Positions 37,171 through 49,037 of a stretch of DNA of 64,000 bases are shown here, in pieces. The number at the start of each line of letters is the position of its first letter. Position 1 is the stretch's first letter. Below the pieces are notes generated by a model. It was not told where the DNA came from. It searched no databases and saw only the letters and a list, made by a program, of their open reading frames with translations. The DNA lies in the NCBI GenBank assembly GCA_016933255.1, contig JAFGBF010000005.1:27750-91749 (forward strand). Reading direction: 5' to 3'. This DNA comes from Candidatus Krumholzibacteriota bacterium. GTDB taxonomy: Bacteria > Krumholzibacteriota > Krumholzibacteriia > Krumholzibacteriales > Krumholzibacteriaceae. The position numbers and the translations under genes are program-made.

Positions 37171-39807
37171 TTACTTCCCGCCGAATTCGCGGACCAGCTG
37201 TTGGTATTCCGGTTCATCGCGAAGCCCATCATAACGCGGATCCAGCTCGAAGCATCTTATCGTATAGATGGCGGGCATAGAAAGGATCTCTCTTATTAGT
37301 CTGATCGCCGCATCATTCTCTCCGGACACGGTGTATATCTCCGCCATATCAAGTAACCTGTCGACCCCCAGGATCGCATCCATCGTTATCGGGTATATCT
37401 CCATAGCCTTCCTGCCTGCAGCGATCGCCTCTTCTTTTCGCCCGAGGCCGGCATAGGTCGTTCCAAGCGAGCTGTGGATCCGGGGATCCTCAGGATTCTC
37501 TCTGACCGCGTCTTCCAGGAGTACCAGGGCTTCCCCGTAGAATGCTACGGCGCGTCCGGAGTCACCCATGAGTCTGCATGCATTCCCTTTCAGCATGCTA
37601 ACAGGCAGGTAGGAGTTCTGCAGGTAGACCACATCGAATGCAGATCCTTCGAACATATCGAGGACTGCCTGATAGTCGCGATCAAACAGGTGCAGATAAT
37701 ATTTCCCCCAGATCATCGGCATTGCGGTCTTATCGGGGCACGCCTCAAGCGTTTCCCAGGCCCGCCGCACATCCCCCATCCCTATCACATAGGCGCCGGA
37801 TTTGATAAAATAGCCCCAATGATCCTGAGGATCGATTGCGATCGATTTGTCTGCATACTCGAGAGTCTTCGCAGGGTTCCTGAGAGTCAGATACGTGTTG
37901 GCAAGCTCGACAGAGAGTACTGCGTCCATGGGGCTCATCGCATAGGCCGTCTGGAGGTTGGCTAATGCCTGCTCGATGTGTCCCTGGCGCCTCCATATGA
38001 AGGCAATATCCATCAACAGCTGCGCGTCGCTGGGCAATGTTCCGGCGAGGGATACGAATTCCTGGAGCGCCCTGTCATAGTCGAGAAGGCCCTGATAGTA
38101 ATAGTAGCCGAGTTCCCGCCGCACTTCGGGCCCTTTCGGGTCGAGCTCGACCGCCCTGTCTATCTCTTCCTTTGCTATCCTGAGACGGTTTTCGGTCCGA
38201 TCGTAACCGTAGAAATAGAAGCTCCGGTTCACGTGCGAGAGTTTGGCGTGGGCGAGGGCGAAACAGGGATCGATATCGATCGCCTGCTTCAGCAGCTCTT
38301 CGGCCCGCCGGTAGTTCACCTCCGGGCGTTGGCCGAATAAGATATGATCCGCTGCCCTCAGATAGATTTGATAGGCGACGATGTTCTCTGTCGGTTTAGC
38401 CGCAATGAAATTTTGCTCGCCCCCCGAGAGGGCTATGTCCAGCCGGGCCGCGACCTGTTCCGCGATCCTAGACTGGATTTCGAATATCGCGGCGAACTGC
38501 TCATCGTACTGTTCCGCCCATATGTGGCTGTCGTCGGAGACCCTGATGAGCTGGGGCGTCACACGTACCCTGCTTCCGCCGCCAGGGCTCTGCTCCCAGC
38601 GCACCGTTCCCTCCAGCACGTAATCGACATCGAGTTCGACTCCGATCTCTGAGATTGTTTTGTCGGAATCCTTGTAATGAAGGGCGCTTTTCCGGGATAT
38701 TACTCCCAGCTCCTGTAACGCGGCAAGACGGCTCGTGATCTCTTCGGTGATACCGTCGGCGAAGTAATCGTCCTCGGGGGGGCCGAGGTTTTCGAAGGAA
38801 AGCACGACGAGCCTTGTTCGATCATCAGCCGCTGACCGCTCCGGTCCTTCCTTTTGCCCGGCAAAGAACCGCGGGATCACCTGTATGATAAGAAGCGCAA
38901 GGAGAAGTGACGATAAGATCCATGCGGTCCAATTTAATCGTCTCCTCGAAGGTTTGCGTGAGGCGGCTGTTCGGGTCACACCTTTACGCAGCGCATCTTT
39001 TTCCAGATGAAACAGATCGGCTGATAAGTCTGCGGCAGACTGGTACCGTTCCCTTGCGTCCCTCGCGAGGCATTTGAGGATGATCCGCTCGAGTTCGAGC
39101 GGTATGCCGGAACGCAGGCCTGTGACCGGTTCGGGCACTTCGTTCATGATCGCGTAGATCACCGCTGCCTCGTGCTCTCCTCCGAACGGCGCCCGGCCGG
39201 TGATCATCTCGTACAGCACGGCCCCCAGCGACCAGATGTCGGTGCGCTGATTCACTTCTTCGCCCCGGGCCTGTTCCGGGGACATATAGGCGGCCGTGCC
39301 GAGAGTCGTTCCGGTACGTGTCATCTGGGCCTGGCCCTTCAGCTTCGCCACCCCGAAATCCAGGATCTTCACAAGTCCGTCGGCGGTCACGAAGATATTG
39401 GCCGGCTTTATGTCCCTGTGCACGATTTCCCTCTCGTGCGCCTTGCCCAGCCCCCCGGCGATCTGCCTGGATATATCGAGGGCGTTGTCCAGAGGCAGCG
39501 GTCCCCGGGCGATCCTTTCCTTCAAAGTCTCGCCGGCATAGCAGGCCATGGCGATGAAAATGCGGCCGTCTTCCGTCTCATCGACCTCAAAAATGGTGCA
39601 GACGTTGGGGTGGTCAAGAGCCGATGCCGCCCGGGCTTCCTGGACGAAGCGGGCCTTGGCCCCGGGGTCTTGTGAGAATTCTGGAGGGAGGAACTTCAGG
39701 GCGACGGTGCGCCCCAGTTTTGTGTCCTCGGCCTGGTAGACCTCGCCCATCCCTCCGGCGCCGAGCCTGGCGGTAATTCGGTAGTGAGAGATAGTCCTGC
39801 CTATCAT
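37171..39807 (-). CDS. Ser/Thr protein kinase + TolB-N-like + TPR repeats (878 aa)
   Basis: LGAGGMGEVY, VALK, HRDIKPAN, DFG, GTAAYMSPE; TM; LVVLSFENL...YFADGITEEI; several TPRs. Confidence 0.93.
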   Translation of the reverse strand: MIGRTISHYRITARLGAGGMGEVYQAEDTKLGRTVALKFLPPEFSQDPGAKARFVQEARAASALDHPNVCTIFEVDETEDGRIFIAMACYAGETLKERIARGPLPLDNALDISRQIAGGLGKAHEREIVHRDIKPANIFVTADGLVKILDFGVAKLKGQAQMTRTGTTLGTAAYMSPEQARGEEVNQRTDIWSLGAVLYEMITGRAPFGGEHEAAVIYAIMNEVPEPVTGLRSGIPLELERIILKCLARDARERYQSAADLSADLFHLEKDALRKGVTRTAASRKPSRRRLNWTAWILSSLLLALLIIQVIPRFFAGQKEGPERSAADDRTRLVVLSFENLGPPEDDYFADGITEEITSRLAALQELGVISRKSALHYKDSDKTISEIGVELDVDYVLEGTVRWEQSPGGGSRVRVTPQLIRVSDDSHIWAEQYDEQFAAIFEIQSRIAEQVAARLDIALSGGEQNFIAAKPTENIVAYQIYLRAADHILFGQRPEVNYRRAEELLKQAIDIDPCFALAHAKLSHVNRSFYFYGYDRTENRLRIAKEEIDRAVELDPKGPEVRRELGYYYYQGLLDYDRALQEFVSLAGTLPSDAQLLMDIAFIWRRQGHIEQALANLQTAYAMSPMDAVLSVELANTYLTLRNPAKTLEYADKSIAIDPQDHWGYFIKSGAYVIGMGDVRRAWETLEACPDKTAMPMIWGKYYLHLFDRDYQAVLDMFEGSAFDVVYLQNSYLPVSMLKGNACRLMGDSGRAVAFYGEALVLLEDAVRENPEDPRIHSSLGTTYAGLGRKEEAIAAGRKAMEIYPITMDAILGVDRLLDMAEIYTVSGENDAAIRLIREILSMPAIYTIRCFELDPRYDGLRDEPEYQQLVREFGGK

Positions 39808-39973
39808 GACTGTTTCCTGTGATATTGTTTTCTTTGTTATATCCCTGGATGCATGAGCCTTGGTGCGCAGGGACAGAGTCTACAATATCCGGTTCTCTGC
39901 ATGCCAGCATAATTTTCGCATTGGCGAAAGAGATTCCCGGCAAAACAGGGGGAGATCAAAACTCTTTACAGCG

Positions 39974-40002
39974 TTGACAACCTGATTGCCAGAAGATATA
40001 CT
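39974..40002 (+). promoter_or_regulatory. Sigma70-type promoter for V/A-ATPase operon
   Basis: TTGACA-N17-TATACT. Confidence 0.75.
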
Positions 40003-40056
40003 GGCGCATTGTTCCTTATCACTTTCCGGGTGCAGTATACCGCGTCAGGAGTGGTT

Positions 40057-40377
40057 TTGAAAGAGATCGTAAAAAGGATAATAGAGACTGAGAAGGAGAT
40101 CCGGGACAAGGTAGAGGATGCTCATTCGCAGGCCCAGAAGATCGTCAGAGCTGCCGAAAGCGGCAGCCGGGATATAATCGAGAAAAAGCGGCTGGAAGCG
40201 ATGAAAGAGGGTCAGGCCCTCATAGAGCGTTTGACAGCCGAGGCTGAGGCGAAGCGTACCCTTCAGGTCGAAAAGGTCAGGGGGGGCAGCGCCGAGCTGC
40301 TGAAAAAACGGAGTAAAGAGGTCGACAGAGCTGTAGGCAGGATAGTCGATATGGTCACAGACAGCGGCAAGGCCTGA
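40057..40377 (+). CDS. V/A-type ATPase peripheral stalk subunit H/G
   Basis: Charged coiled coil KEIVKRIIETEKEIRDKVEDA...; AGGAG then TTG at 40057; first gene of operon. Confidence 0.7.
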   Translation: MKEIVKRIIETEKEIRDKVEDAHSQAQKIVRAAESGSRDIIEKKRLEAMKEGQALIERLTAEAEAKRTLQVEKVRGGSAELLKKRSKEVDRAVGRIVDMVTDSGKA

Positions 40378-40557
40378 AAAAACCGCCCGTATCAGCAGAC
40401 AGAATGTATTATGGCGCGGGCTTCTGAAGATGGCTGGACTTGTGACGGGGCTTCAGGATACAGCGGGATCGATTTAAAGGATTCTGGAGATTGCTCGATC
40501 GATGATACCCTGTTCCGGACAGAGCAGAGCCGATGATACCCGATTCAGGAGACTGAG

Positions 40558-41619
40558 ATGATATTCGGACCGGTCAGCAAATATTCTCTTGTAAATGCAA
40601 AGGTCAGGGCCCGATTGAGTACTCTTCTTGATGCTGAGCGCATAAACCGGCTGGCGGAGGCGCGCGATCTTTCAGAGTTCTATTCTACTCTCGACGGGAC
40701 TTTATATGAGGAGATCTTCTCCAGGCCTGAAATAGCATTCGATCCCAGGGTAGGAGAAAAATTGCTTCTGGAAAGGGAAGTGGCCTGGCATTCTGAGCTT
40801 CTCAGGGATCTGGGAGGCCCCGAAAAAGAGCTTGTCTCCCATTTTCTCGAAAAATATGAAATAGAGAACCTTAAGATCGCGCTCAGGATACGTGAGGGAA
40901 AACGTGAGAGCGAGGATATGAAATATCTTGTCAGGGAAACGCTCCCCCATTCTCTTCCATACCAGGCGATATCCGAAGCGGCCTCGATCGAGGACGCGCT
41001 TTCCTATCTCTCGAGGTCTCCTTTTTACAATTCTATAAACTCTGTTATCGATGATTACAGGGAAAGAGGGACCCTCTTTCCCGTGGAGATAAATCTCGAG
41101 ATAGATTATTACTCACGGCTTAAGGAACGGATCGAAATGCTCTCGAAAAAAGACAGAGAGATCGCAAGAAAACTTGTCGGTCTGGAAATAGATCAGAAGA
41201 ACCTGGGATGGCTGATAAGGCTTAAGTTCTATTACGATATGCCTGTCGGAGAACTGATAGGTTATAATATCCCCGGCGGGTACAAAATGACACGGGACAG
41301 GCTCAGGCAGGCGTTCAAAGCCGATTCGATCGAGAATGTCCTTTCGGCGGCTCTGGAGAAATCTGTCGGAGACCTCTCCGGGATACTTGTAAAGGGCCAG
41401 GACCTGAGCAAGCTTTACCTTCTCGAGATCATTCTGTGGAATATCCTTATATCGGAAGCAAAAAGGACTTTGGGTGGATTTCCCTTTACAATAGGTACCG
41501 TTCTGTCGTACCTGATACTCAAACGCACGGAGATCCGCAACGTCATTACTATTATGAACGGTAAGGTCTACAAGATGGATCGCGGAGAGATAGAAAGTCA
41601 TCTGAGAGTCTCATTCTGA
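40558..41619 (+). CDS. atpC: V/A-type ATPase subunit C (d)
   Basis: YSLVNAKVRARLSTLL; EIDQKNLGW..R; KRTEIRNVITI. Confidence 0.85.
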   Translation: MIFGPVSKYSLVNAKVRARLSTLLDAERINRLAEARDLSEFYSTLDGTLYEEIFSRPEIAFDPRVGEKLLLEREVAWHSELLRDLGGPEKELVSHFLEKYEIENLKIALRIREGKRESEDMKYLVRETLPHSLPYQAISEAASIEDALSYLSRSPFYNSINSVIDDYRERGTLFPVEINLEIDYYSRLKERIEMLSKKDREIARKLVGLEIDQKNLGWLIRLKFYYDMPVGELIGYNIPGGYKMTRDRLRQAFKADSIENVLSAALEKSVGDLSGILVKGQDLSKLYLLEIILWNILISEAKRTLGGFPFTIGTVLSYLILKRTEIRNVITIMNGKVYKMDRGEIESHLRVSF

Positions 41620-41629
41620 GGTTGGTGAT

Positions 41630-43648
41630 ATGTTTACTCCTGAAAAGATGCACCAGATCAATGTCATGGTCTTCGAAACAGAAGTCGATGAGGTCGCGAA
41701 AGCGATCGTCCGCCTGGGGATCATCCACCTTGTGCAGCTTGATGACAAACAGCCCTGGGTAGAACAGCTTGGGACATTCAACGCCGGCATGATGAGCGAT
41801 AAACTCGACAAGCTCGGTCAGCGGGTCACAGCGCTGATGAAAGACCTCGGCTTAAGAGAGCTGCCTCTTGAAGAACGCGACAGCAAACTGCTCGAGGTAT
41901 CCGTGAGCGATCTTGATGAGATGGAAAGGGAGATGGCCTCCCTTGAATCGAGGGTGCAGGATATCGTCCGGCGGAGAAAAGAGTTCGAGGTCCATCTGGA
42001 GAGGATGCAGGGGATCTTCAACGAAGTATCTCCTCTGGCTGAAGTTGGGCTTCCGCACCAGAGCACTCCGTACACTTTTCTTGAGATCCGCTATGGACAG
42101 GTCAAAAGCGAGAACCTTGAATATATCAGGGAAAAGATCGCTCCGCTCGCGGCTGTGGTCCTTCCTCTTGCCCAGCGTGATGACGCAGAAGTCATCCTTC
42201 TGATAGGCCTGAAGACCGACAGGCTGAAACTCAAAAAGATCCTGCGCGAGGCTACCTTCGAAGAGATCGAGATGCCGGCCGAAAAGGGCGAAGACGGTGA
42301 ATCGTCTCTGGTCATCGATGGGCTCGAAGAAAAGATCGCCGGCATAAAGGGCAATATCGATAAACTCACCGAAGAACTCCGGAAGATCAGGGAACAAAGC
42401 GCGTCAGCCATCACCGATTACCACAGGTCGATCAGGGTCGCAATGCTGCTTGTCAAGGTCAAGAATTACCTTAAGAAAACAAAAAAGACTTTTATATTCT
42501 CCGGGTGGGTCCCCAGTAACAACAAGCGCGAAGTCGAACGTGAGATCCTTCGCGCTGCACGAGGAAGAGCCATAATCGAGATCACTCCTCCCGAGCAGAT
42601 AACAGGAGTGGATGACGGCAGGATAAAGGTCCCCGTAATGCTTAAGCATCCAGGTTTCTTCAGGCCGTTCGAGATGCTCGTCTCAAGTTATGGCCTGCCG
42701 GAATATACTTTCATAGATCCGACATGTTTTGTGGCTATCAGTTTTCTTTTGATGTTCGGGATGATGTTCGGTGATGTCGGGCACGGCGCTGTCCTCGTCT
42801 GGATAGGATGGATGCTGGGGTTCAGGAAGAGCAGAAGGGATAGTACCGAGGGTCCGGTCCTCGTGGGAAAACTCGCGTTCTACTGCGGGCTGTCATCGAT
42901 CGTGTTCGGGTTTCTTTACGGATCTGTCTTCGGCCTCGAGGACCTTTTTCACGGGATATGGATGAAACCTATGCATAATGTCATATATTTCTTCAAGGTG
43001 GCGATCTATTTCGGTATTGTCCTTATATCGACCGGCATCCTGCTCAATGTGATAAATGCCGTCCGCGCGAGGAATTTCAAAGCGACCTTTTTCGACCAGG
43101 CAGGGCTTGTCAGCGCGGTAATATACTGGTGCGGGATAGGCGCGGTCTCGATCTTCCTTTCGAACAGGCCGATCCCGGTGAAGCTGATCATATTCGGTAT
43201 CGGGATCCCCGTCCTTCTCCTTTTCCTCAAAGAGCCCCTGACTGCTCTTGTGGGAAGACGTAAGGTAAGATTTGAAAAAGGCCTGCTGACCTATTTTATG
43301 GAGACTGTTATCGAGGTTATGGAGATAGTGACCGGATACCTCGGCAATACCGTCTCGTTTATTCGTGTCGCGGCGTTTGCGCTGGCTCATGTAGGGTTGT
43401 TCATAGCTGTTTTCAGCCTCGTCGATATGGTCAAGGGCGGGGTGTCCGGAGCGATCTATTCAACCTTGATCCTGATTCTCGGAAACGCTGTAATTATAGC
43501 CCTTGAGGGAATGGTGGTAACGATACAGGCCATCCGTCTGGAGTACTACGAATTTTTCGGCAAGTTCTTCATGGGTGGCGGCGTAGCTTATAAACCGATC
43601 GGCCTCGGCGGCATGCCCGGCCGGAAAGAACGAAAGGAGACCCGGTAA
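41630..43648 (+). CDS. atpI: V/A-type ATPase subunit I (a)
   Basis: PFEMLVSSYGLP; FGMMFGDVGHG; NTVSFIRVAAFALAH; RLEYYEFFGKFF. Confidence 0.93.
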   Translation: MFTPEKMHQINVMVFETEVDEVAKAIVRLGIIHLVQLDDKQPWVEQLGTFNAGMMSDKLDKLGQRVTALMKDLGLRELPLEERDSKLLEVSVSDLDEMEREMASLESRVQDIVRRRKEFEVHLERMQGIFNEVSPLAEVGLPHQSTPYTFLEIRYGQVKSENLEYIREKIAPLAAVVLPLAQRDDAEVILLIGLKTDRLKLKKILREATFEEIEMPAEKGEDGESSLVIDGLEEKIAGIKGNIDKLTEELRKIREQSASAITDYHRSIRVAMLLVKVKNYLKKTKKTFIFSGWVPSNNKREVEREILRAARGRAIIEITPPEQITGVDDGRIKVPVMLKHPGFFRPFEMLVSSYGLPEYTFIDPTCFVAISFLLMFGMMFGDVGHGAVLVWIGWMLGFRKSRRDSTEGPVLVGKLAFYCGLSSIVFGFLYGSVFGLEDLFHGIWMKPMHNVIYFFKVAIYFGIVLISTGILLNVINAVRARNFKATFFDQAGLVSAVIYWCGIGAVSIFLSNRPIPVKLIIFGIGIPVLLLFLKEPLTALVGRRKVRFEKGLLTYFMETVIEVMEIVTGYLGNTVSFIRVAAFALAHVGLFIAVFSLVDMVKGGVSGAIYSTLILILGNAVIIALEGMVVTIQAIRLEYYEFFGKFFMGGGVAYKPIGLGGMPGRKERKETR

Positions 43649-44053
<405 letters not shown>

Positions 44054-44133
44054 TTCGATCGGTCAGGGCGGTCCGCTGTGTTTCAGAGCGGGCTGATGGG
44101 TTATCAGATGATCAAGGATGAAAGAGCTGGTCT

Positions 44134-44439
44134 ATGAAGTTCTATGTGATCGCAGATGAGAATACGATGACCGGATTTAAGCTCGTCGGGCTTGACGGTG
44201 AGGTAGTTGAAACTGCCGATGAGGCGAGAGAGGCCCTGGTCAAGGCATTCTCATCCGATGATATCGGCGTAATAATCATAACCGAAAGAATAGCCGCCTC
44301 TATCAGGGAAGAAATGGAGGAATTCATATTCGGCCACAGTTTTCCGCTGATCATTGAGATCCCCGATCGCAAAGGAGCACTCGAAGGAAGGGTCTCGATC
44401 AGGGAGATGGTCAACGCGGCGGTAGGGATGAAGATCTGA
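44134..44439 (+). CDS. atpF: V/A-type ATPase subunit F
   Basis: VIADENTMTGFKLVG; DIGVIIITE; PLIIEIP. Confidence 0.92.
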   Translation: MKFYVIADENTMTGFKLVGLDGEVVETADEAREALVKAFSSDDIGVIIITERIAASIREEMEEFIFGHSFPLIIEIPDRKGALEGRVSIREMVNAAVGMKI

Positions 44440-44479
44440 GCGGCCCCTCGAAAAATGACCGGAAAAGGGAGAGGATCCA

Positions 44480-45139
44480 TTGGTTGATAACGAATCGGTA
44501 GACAGGATAGTCAGCCAGATAATCGAAGACGGCGAAAAAGAGATCGCCTCTATCACCGATAAGGCTGAACGTACTGCATCTGAGATCACCGAAAAGGCCG
44601 AGAAAAATGGTGAGGCCATAGCTGAAAAGATCCTGAAAGAATCTCAGGAAAAGGGCGAGGCGATCCACAGGAGAACGCTTTCCAGCGTTAACATAGAGGT
44701 TAAACGGACAAGGCTGAAAGCTCGGGAGGAGATCGTTTCCGCTATCAACCTGAAAGTGCTGGGAGCGCTTGAAAATATAAGGTCAGGCGGCGATTATCCG
44801 GATCTGATGGCCGATATGATCGTCGAAGCGGTCATGGGGCTGGAGGGCAGCAGTTTTCAGGTTTATGCGGATCGAGGCGACATTGATCTTCTGAAGAACG
44901 AAGTTTTTGATATCGTAAGGGAAAAGGCTCTGGGAAAGGGGATAAAGATAGAACTTCTTGAAGCGATGGTCCTGGAAAAAAGTTCAATCGGAGGAGCAAG
45001 GGTAGGAGTCCCAGGCGGAAGAGTGATATTCGACAATACGTTTGAGGCGCGTATATACCGGATGCGTGATGATATAAGGAACATAATATTCGAAGAGGTC
45101 TTCGAACCGGAAGGAAGCGAGGGTTCGAACAGTGCTTGA
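44480..45139 (+). CDS. atpE: V/A-type ATPase subunit E
   Basis: Coiled-coil N-terminus; IGGARV...FDNTFEARI. Confidence 0.85.
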   Translation: MVDNESVDRIVSQIIEDGEKEIASITDKAERTASEITEKAEKNGEAIAEKILKESQEKGEAIHRRTLSSVNIEVKRTRLKAREEIVSAINLKVLGALENIRSGGDYPDLMADMIVEAVMGLEGSSFQVYADRGDIDLLKNEVFDIVREKALGKGIKIELLEAMVLEKSSIGGARVGVPGGRVIFDNTFEARIYRMRDDIRNIIFEEVFEPEGSEGSNSA

Positions 45140-46901
45140 GATCATTGGAAAAGTCGACAAGGTAATCGGGCCCGTGGTCCATGCAAGAGAGATCGATAAG
45201 GCGAGGATGCTTGATCTTGTTGAGGTCGGAGATTATCACCTTGTCGGTGAGATCGTGAAACTCGACAGGGACAGGGCTGTCATCCAGGTTTACGAGGATA
45301 CTACCGGTCTGGCGCCGGGAACCAATATTTACAGTGCCGGAGTACCCCTCTCTGTCGATCTGGGTCCGGGGTTGATAGGGACTATCTATGACGGTATCCA
45401 GAGGCCTCTCGAGGTGATAAGGGATTCGTCGGATCAGTATATCCAGAAAGGGATCCATGTGTCGCCTCTCGACAGGGAGAAGAAGTGGCAGTATAAACCG
45501 TCTCTTGCCCCGGGGATCGGGGTATCCGGAGGGGAAATCGTCGGCACGGTACAGGAAACGGTACTGATCGAGCACAAGGTGCTGATACCTCCCGGTGTCG
45601 CCGGAAAGGTGACATGGGTGATCGATGAGGGTGAATATAACGTAGATGAGACGGTAGCGACGGTAGAAAACTCTGATGGCGATTCTGTGGCTGTAAAGAT
45701 GAGCCAGCGCTGGCCGGTCCGAAAAGGGCGGCCTGTCAGGGAGAGAAAGCCTCTTTCTATTCCTCTTATCACCGGGCAGAGGGTGATCGATACTCTTTTT
45801 CCGGTGGCCAAGGGAGGCACTGTCGTTGTGCCGGGCGGATTCGGGACCGGCAAGACGATGATCCAGCACGCCCTTTCGAAATGGAGCGACGCCGATCTTA
45901 TCGTCTATATAGGCTGCGGCGAGCGCGGAAACGAGATGACAGACGTGCTTATCGAGTTTCCGAAGCTGATCGATCCGAGGTCGAAACGGCCGATCATGGA
46001 ACGGACGATACTTATAGCCAACACTTCCAATATGCCGGTCGCGGCGCGCGAGGCTTCGATCTATACCGGCATTACGATAGCTGAATATTACAGGGACCAG
46101 GGATATCACGTAGCGATCATGGCCGACTCGACATCGCGGTGGGCAGAAGCTCTGCGCGAGTTGTCCGGGCGTATGGAAGAAATGCCGGCCGACGAAGGTT
46201 ATCCCGCCTATCTGCCGACAAGGCTCGCTGAATTCTATGAGAGGGCCGGAATGGTGCAGACTCTTGGAGGCGATCAGGGATCTATCAGCATCGTCGGTTC
46301 GGTCTCTCCTCCGGGCGGCGATTTTTCGGAACCGGTGACTCAGCATTCGAAGCGGTTTGTCCGGTGTACCTGGGCCCTTGACAGGCAGCTGGCTAATGCG
46401 AGGCACTACCCCGCGATATCGTGGCTCGACAGCTACAGTGAATATGTCGAAGAGATAAGCGGCTGGTGGGAGGAGAACTTCGGCGGCGAGTGGATGGATC
46501 TCAGACGCAGGATCATGGATCTCCTTCAGAATGAAGGAAAGCTGCAGCAGGTAGTCAAACTCGTCGGCCCCGATGTGCTTCCCGATACGCAAAGGATAGT
46601 CCTGGAGACGTGTACGATGTTCAAGAACGCTTTCCTGCAGCAGAACAGCTTCGACAAGATCGACATGTTCTGCGTTCCCGAGAAACAGGTGAAGATGCTG
46701 CAGGTGATCCTGGAATTCTATGATCTGGGGCTCGAGAATATCAATAAAGGGGCAACGATACATCAGATCAAGAAGCTGGAGGTCACCTCCGATATCATGA
46801 GGATGAAGTTCTCTGTCGGGAACGATGAGATCGAAAAAATAGATGAAATAAGAGACAAGCTTAACCGCTCTATGCAGCGTATCGCAGAGATGTTCGAATA
46901 G
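45132..46901 (+). CDS. atpA: V/A-type ATPase catalytic subunit A
   Basis: PGGFGTGKT; GCGERGNEM; [17 protein letters not shown]; [13 protein letters not shown]. Confidence 0.97.
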   Translation: MLEIIGKVDKVIGPVVHAREIDKARMLDLVEVGDYHLVGEIVKLDRDRAVIQVYEDTTGLAPGTNIYSAGVPLSVDLGPGLIGTIYDGIQRPLEVIRDSSDQYIQKGIHVSPLDREKKWQYKPSLAPGIGVSGGEIVGTVQETVLIEHKVLIPPGVAGKVTWVIDEGEYNVDETVATVENSDGDSVAVKMSQRWPVRKGRPVRERKPLSIPLITGQRVIDTLFPVAKGGTVVVPGGFGTGKTMIQHALSKWSDADLIVYIGCGERGNEMTDVLIEFPKLIDPRSKRPIMERTILIANTSNMPVAAREASIYTGITIAEYYRDQGYHVAIMADSTSRWAEALRELSGRMEEMPADEGYPAYLPTRLAEFYERAGMVQTLGGDQGSISIVGSVSPPGGDFSEPVTQHSKRFVRCTWALDRQLANARHYPAISWLDSYSEYVEEISGWWEENFGGEWMDLRRRIMDLLQNEGKLQQVVKLVGPDVLPDTQRIVLETCTMFKNAFLQQNSFDKIDMFCVPEKQVKMLQVILEFYDLGLENINKGATIHQIKKLEVTSDIMRMKFSVGNDEIEKIDEIRDKLNRSMQRIAEMFE

Positions 46902-46915
46902 GAAACGGTGGGGAT

Positions 46916-48307
46916 ATGACAGAGAAGAACCTGAAGCAAGCCAGAGAATATGTCGGGATAAGCCAGGTGGCCGGACCGCTTGTAGCTGTAAAAGGGATCC
47001 ATAACGTCGGCTACAACGAACTTGCCGAGGTGATAGACCCGGACGGAAATGTCAGGCTGGGATCGATCCTGGAGTGCAGCGAAGGCGCGGCAGTCATCCA
47101 GGTATTCGAAGGAACATCGGGTCTTTCCATACCCGACACAAGGATCAGATTCAGGGGTGAACCTCTCACCATGGGTGTGAGCGGTGAGCTGTTCGGCAGG
47201 GTTTTCAACGGCCTGGGGCAGCCCATCGACGGTGGGCCTGCACCGAGAGCGGAGATGAATATGGATGTGAACGGCCTGCCGATCAATCCCACCGCCCGCG
47301 AATATCCCAGGAAATTCATACAGACCGGAATATCGGCGATCGACGGGATGAATACCCTCGTGCGGGGGCAGAAACTTCCGATCTTTTCCGGTACAGGCCT
47401 GCCGCATAACAGGATCGTCGCGCAGATCACCAGGCAGGCGAAGATCATCGGAGAGGATACTTCATTCGCCGTTGTATTCGCCGCGATGGGGATCAAACAT
47501 GATGTGGCCCAGTATTTTATCAGGAACTTCGAGGAGTCGGGAGTCCTTGAGAAGGTAGTCCTCTTCCTGAACCTCGCCGACGACCCTTCGGTCGAGAGGC
47601 TCGTTACGCCGAGGACCGCCCTTACCGCGGCCGAGTATCTGGCTTTTACCATGAATATGCATGTGCTGGTGATCCTCACCGACATGACGAACTACTGCGA
47701 ATCGCTCAGGGAGATATCGACGATCCGCGAAGAGATCCCGAGCAGAAAGGGATATCCGGGATACCTTTACAGTGATCTTTCCAACATATACGAGCGGGCT
47801 GGAATGATCTCCGGCATTGACGGATCGATAACTCAGATGCCTATACTTACAATGCCGAACGACGATATCTCGCATCCCGTGCCCGATCTCTCGGGGTATA
47901 TCACCGAAGGACAGATTGTGCTCGAGAGAGACCTCGATCACAGGAATATCTATCCGCCGATCGCCGGGCTGCCCTCCCTTTCGCGGCTCATGAAAGACGG
48001 AATAGGCGAGGGGATGACGCGTGAGGACCATGCTCATGTGGCGAGCCAGCTTTTTGCCGCCTACTCGCATGTTAAAGATGTGAGGGCTCTTGCCGCGGTC
48101 ATCGGCGCTGAGGAACTGACTCCTCTCGACAAGGTATACCTTGAGGTCGGCGACAGGTTCGAAAGGGAATTTCTCAGTCAGGGAGAATATGAGGACAGAA
48201 GCATCACAGAGACCCTCGATATTGGATGGTCGGTGATCTCCCACCTCCCGAAAGAGGAGTTGTACAGGATATCAGAAGAAGAACTGAACAAATATTATGG
48301 AAAATGA
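46916..48307 (+). CDS. atpB: V/A-type ATPase subunit B
   Basis: [15 protein letters not shown]; [15 protein letters not shown]; [12 protein letters not shown]. Confidence 0.97.
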   Translation: MTEKNLKQAREYVGISQVAGPLVAVKGIHNVGYNELAEVIDPDGNVRLGSILECSEGAAVIQVFEGTSGLSIPDTRIRFRGEPLTMGVSGELFGRVFNGLGQPIDGGPAPRAEMNMDVNGLPINPTAREYPRKFIQTGISAIDGMNTLVRGQKLPIFSGTGLPHNRIVAQITRQAKIIGEDTSFAVVFAAMGIKHDVAQYFIRNFEESGVLEKVVLFLNLADDPSVERLVTPRTALTAAEYLAFTMNMHVLVILTDMTNYCESLREISTIREEIPSRKGYPGYLYSDLSNIYERAGMISGIDGSITQMPILTMPNDDISHPVPDLSGYITEGQIVLERDLDHRNIYPPIAGLPSLSRLMKDGIGEGMTREDHAHVASQLFAAYSHVKDVRALAAVIGAEELTPLDKVYLEVGDRFEREFLSQGEYEDRSITETLDIGWSVISHLPKEELYRISEEELNKYYGK

Positions 48308-48398
48308 TTCCGCCGCGGCAGGCAGGCTGCGAATCCTGAAAGCGGAAGAGTACCTTATAAGGAAAGCCGGGATCTGGCTGTAGGGGATCGATAAGATA

Positions 48399-49037
48399 AT
48401 GGCACAGTACGAAATTGCACCGACAAAGACTAACATGATGAAGGTCCGCCGGGATCTCGGGTTTGCGTCTGATGGCTGGGAACTGCTCGATCAGAAAAGG
48501 CAGATACTTGTCGTTGAGTTGATGGGTCTGATAGACCGCGCGGTCGACGCGCAGAAAGACGTCGAATCGAGGCTTGCAGAAGCTTTCAAGGCCCTCGACC
48601 AGGCTATCCTTCGTATGGGCAGAAGGGAAGTCAACCTGATCGCGATCGGGATGAATATCGAGTCGGAGATCTCTATTTCGCAGAGAAGGGTGATGGGAGT
48701 CTCGCTTCCAAGGGTAAAGGTGAGGTTCGATGATAAATCTCCGTATTTCGCCGCTGCCGAGAGCAGTATTTGGATAGACGAAGCGATCAAGAAATTCAGG
48801 GAGATACTTAAACTGCTCGGTACTCTTGCCGAAGCGAGGATTTCTCTGATGCGCCTATCGAGAGAAGTCGCCAAGACGATAAGGCGCGTAAATGCCCTCG
48901 AAAAGATATTTATACCTGATTATAAAGAGACATTGAAATATATTGAAATGGCGCTGGAAGAATCCGAGAGGGAGTCCTTCTTCGTACTTAAACTTGTGAA
49001 GGACCGGCTCTCCAGGAGGAGAGGGGAAGCCCAATGA
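48399..49037 (+). CDS. atpD: V/A-type ATPase subunit D
   Basis: IAPTKTNMM; LLDQKR; KTIRRVNALEKIFIP; LEESERESF. Confidence 0.95.
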   Translation: MAQYEIAPTKTNMMKVRRDLGFASDGWELLDQKRQILVVELMGLIDRAVDAQKDVESRLAEAFKALDQAILRMGRREVNLIAIGMNIESEISISQRRVMGVSLPRVKVRFDDKSPYFAAAESSIWIDEAIKKFREILKLLGTLAEARISLMRLSREVAKTIRRVNALEKIFIPDYKETLKYIEMALEESERESFFVLKLVKDRLSRRRGEAQ

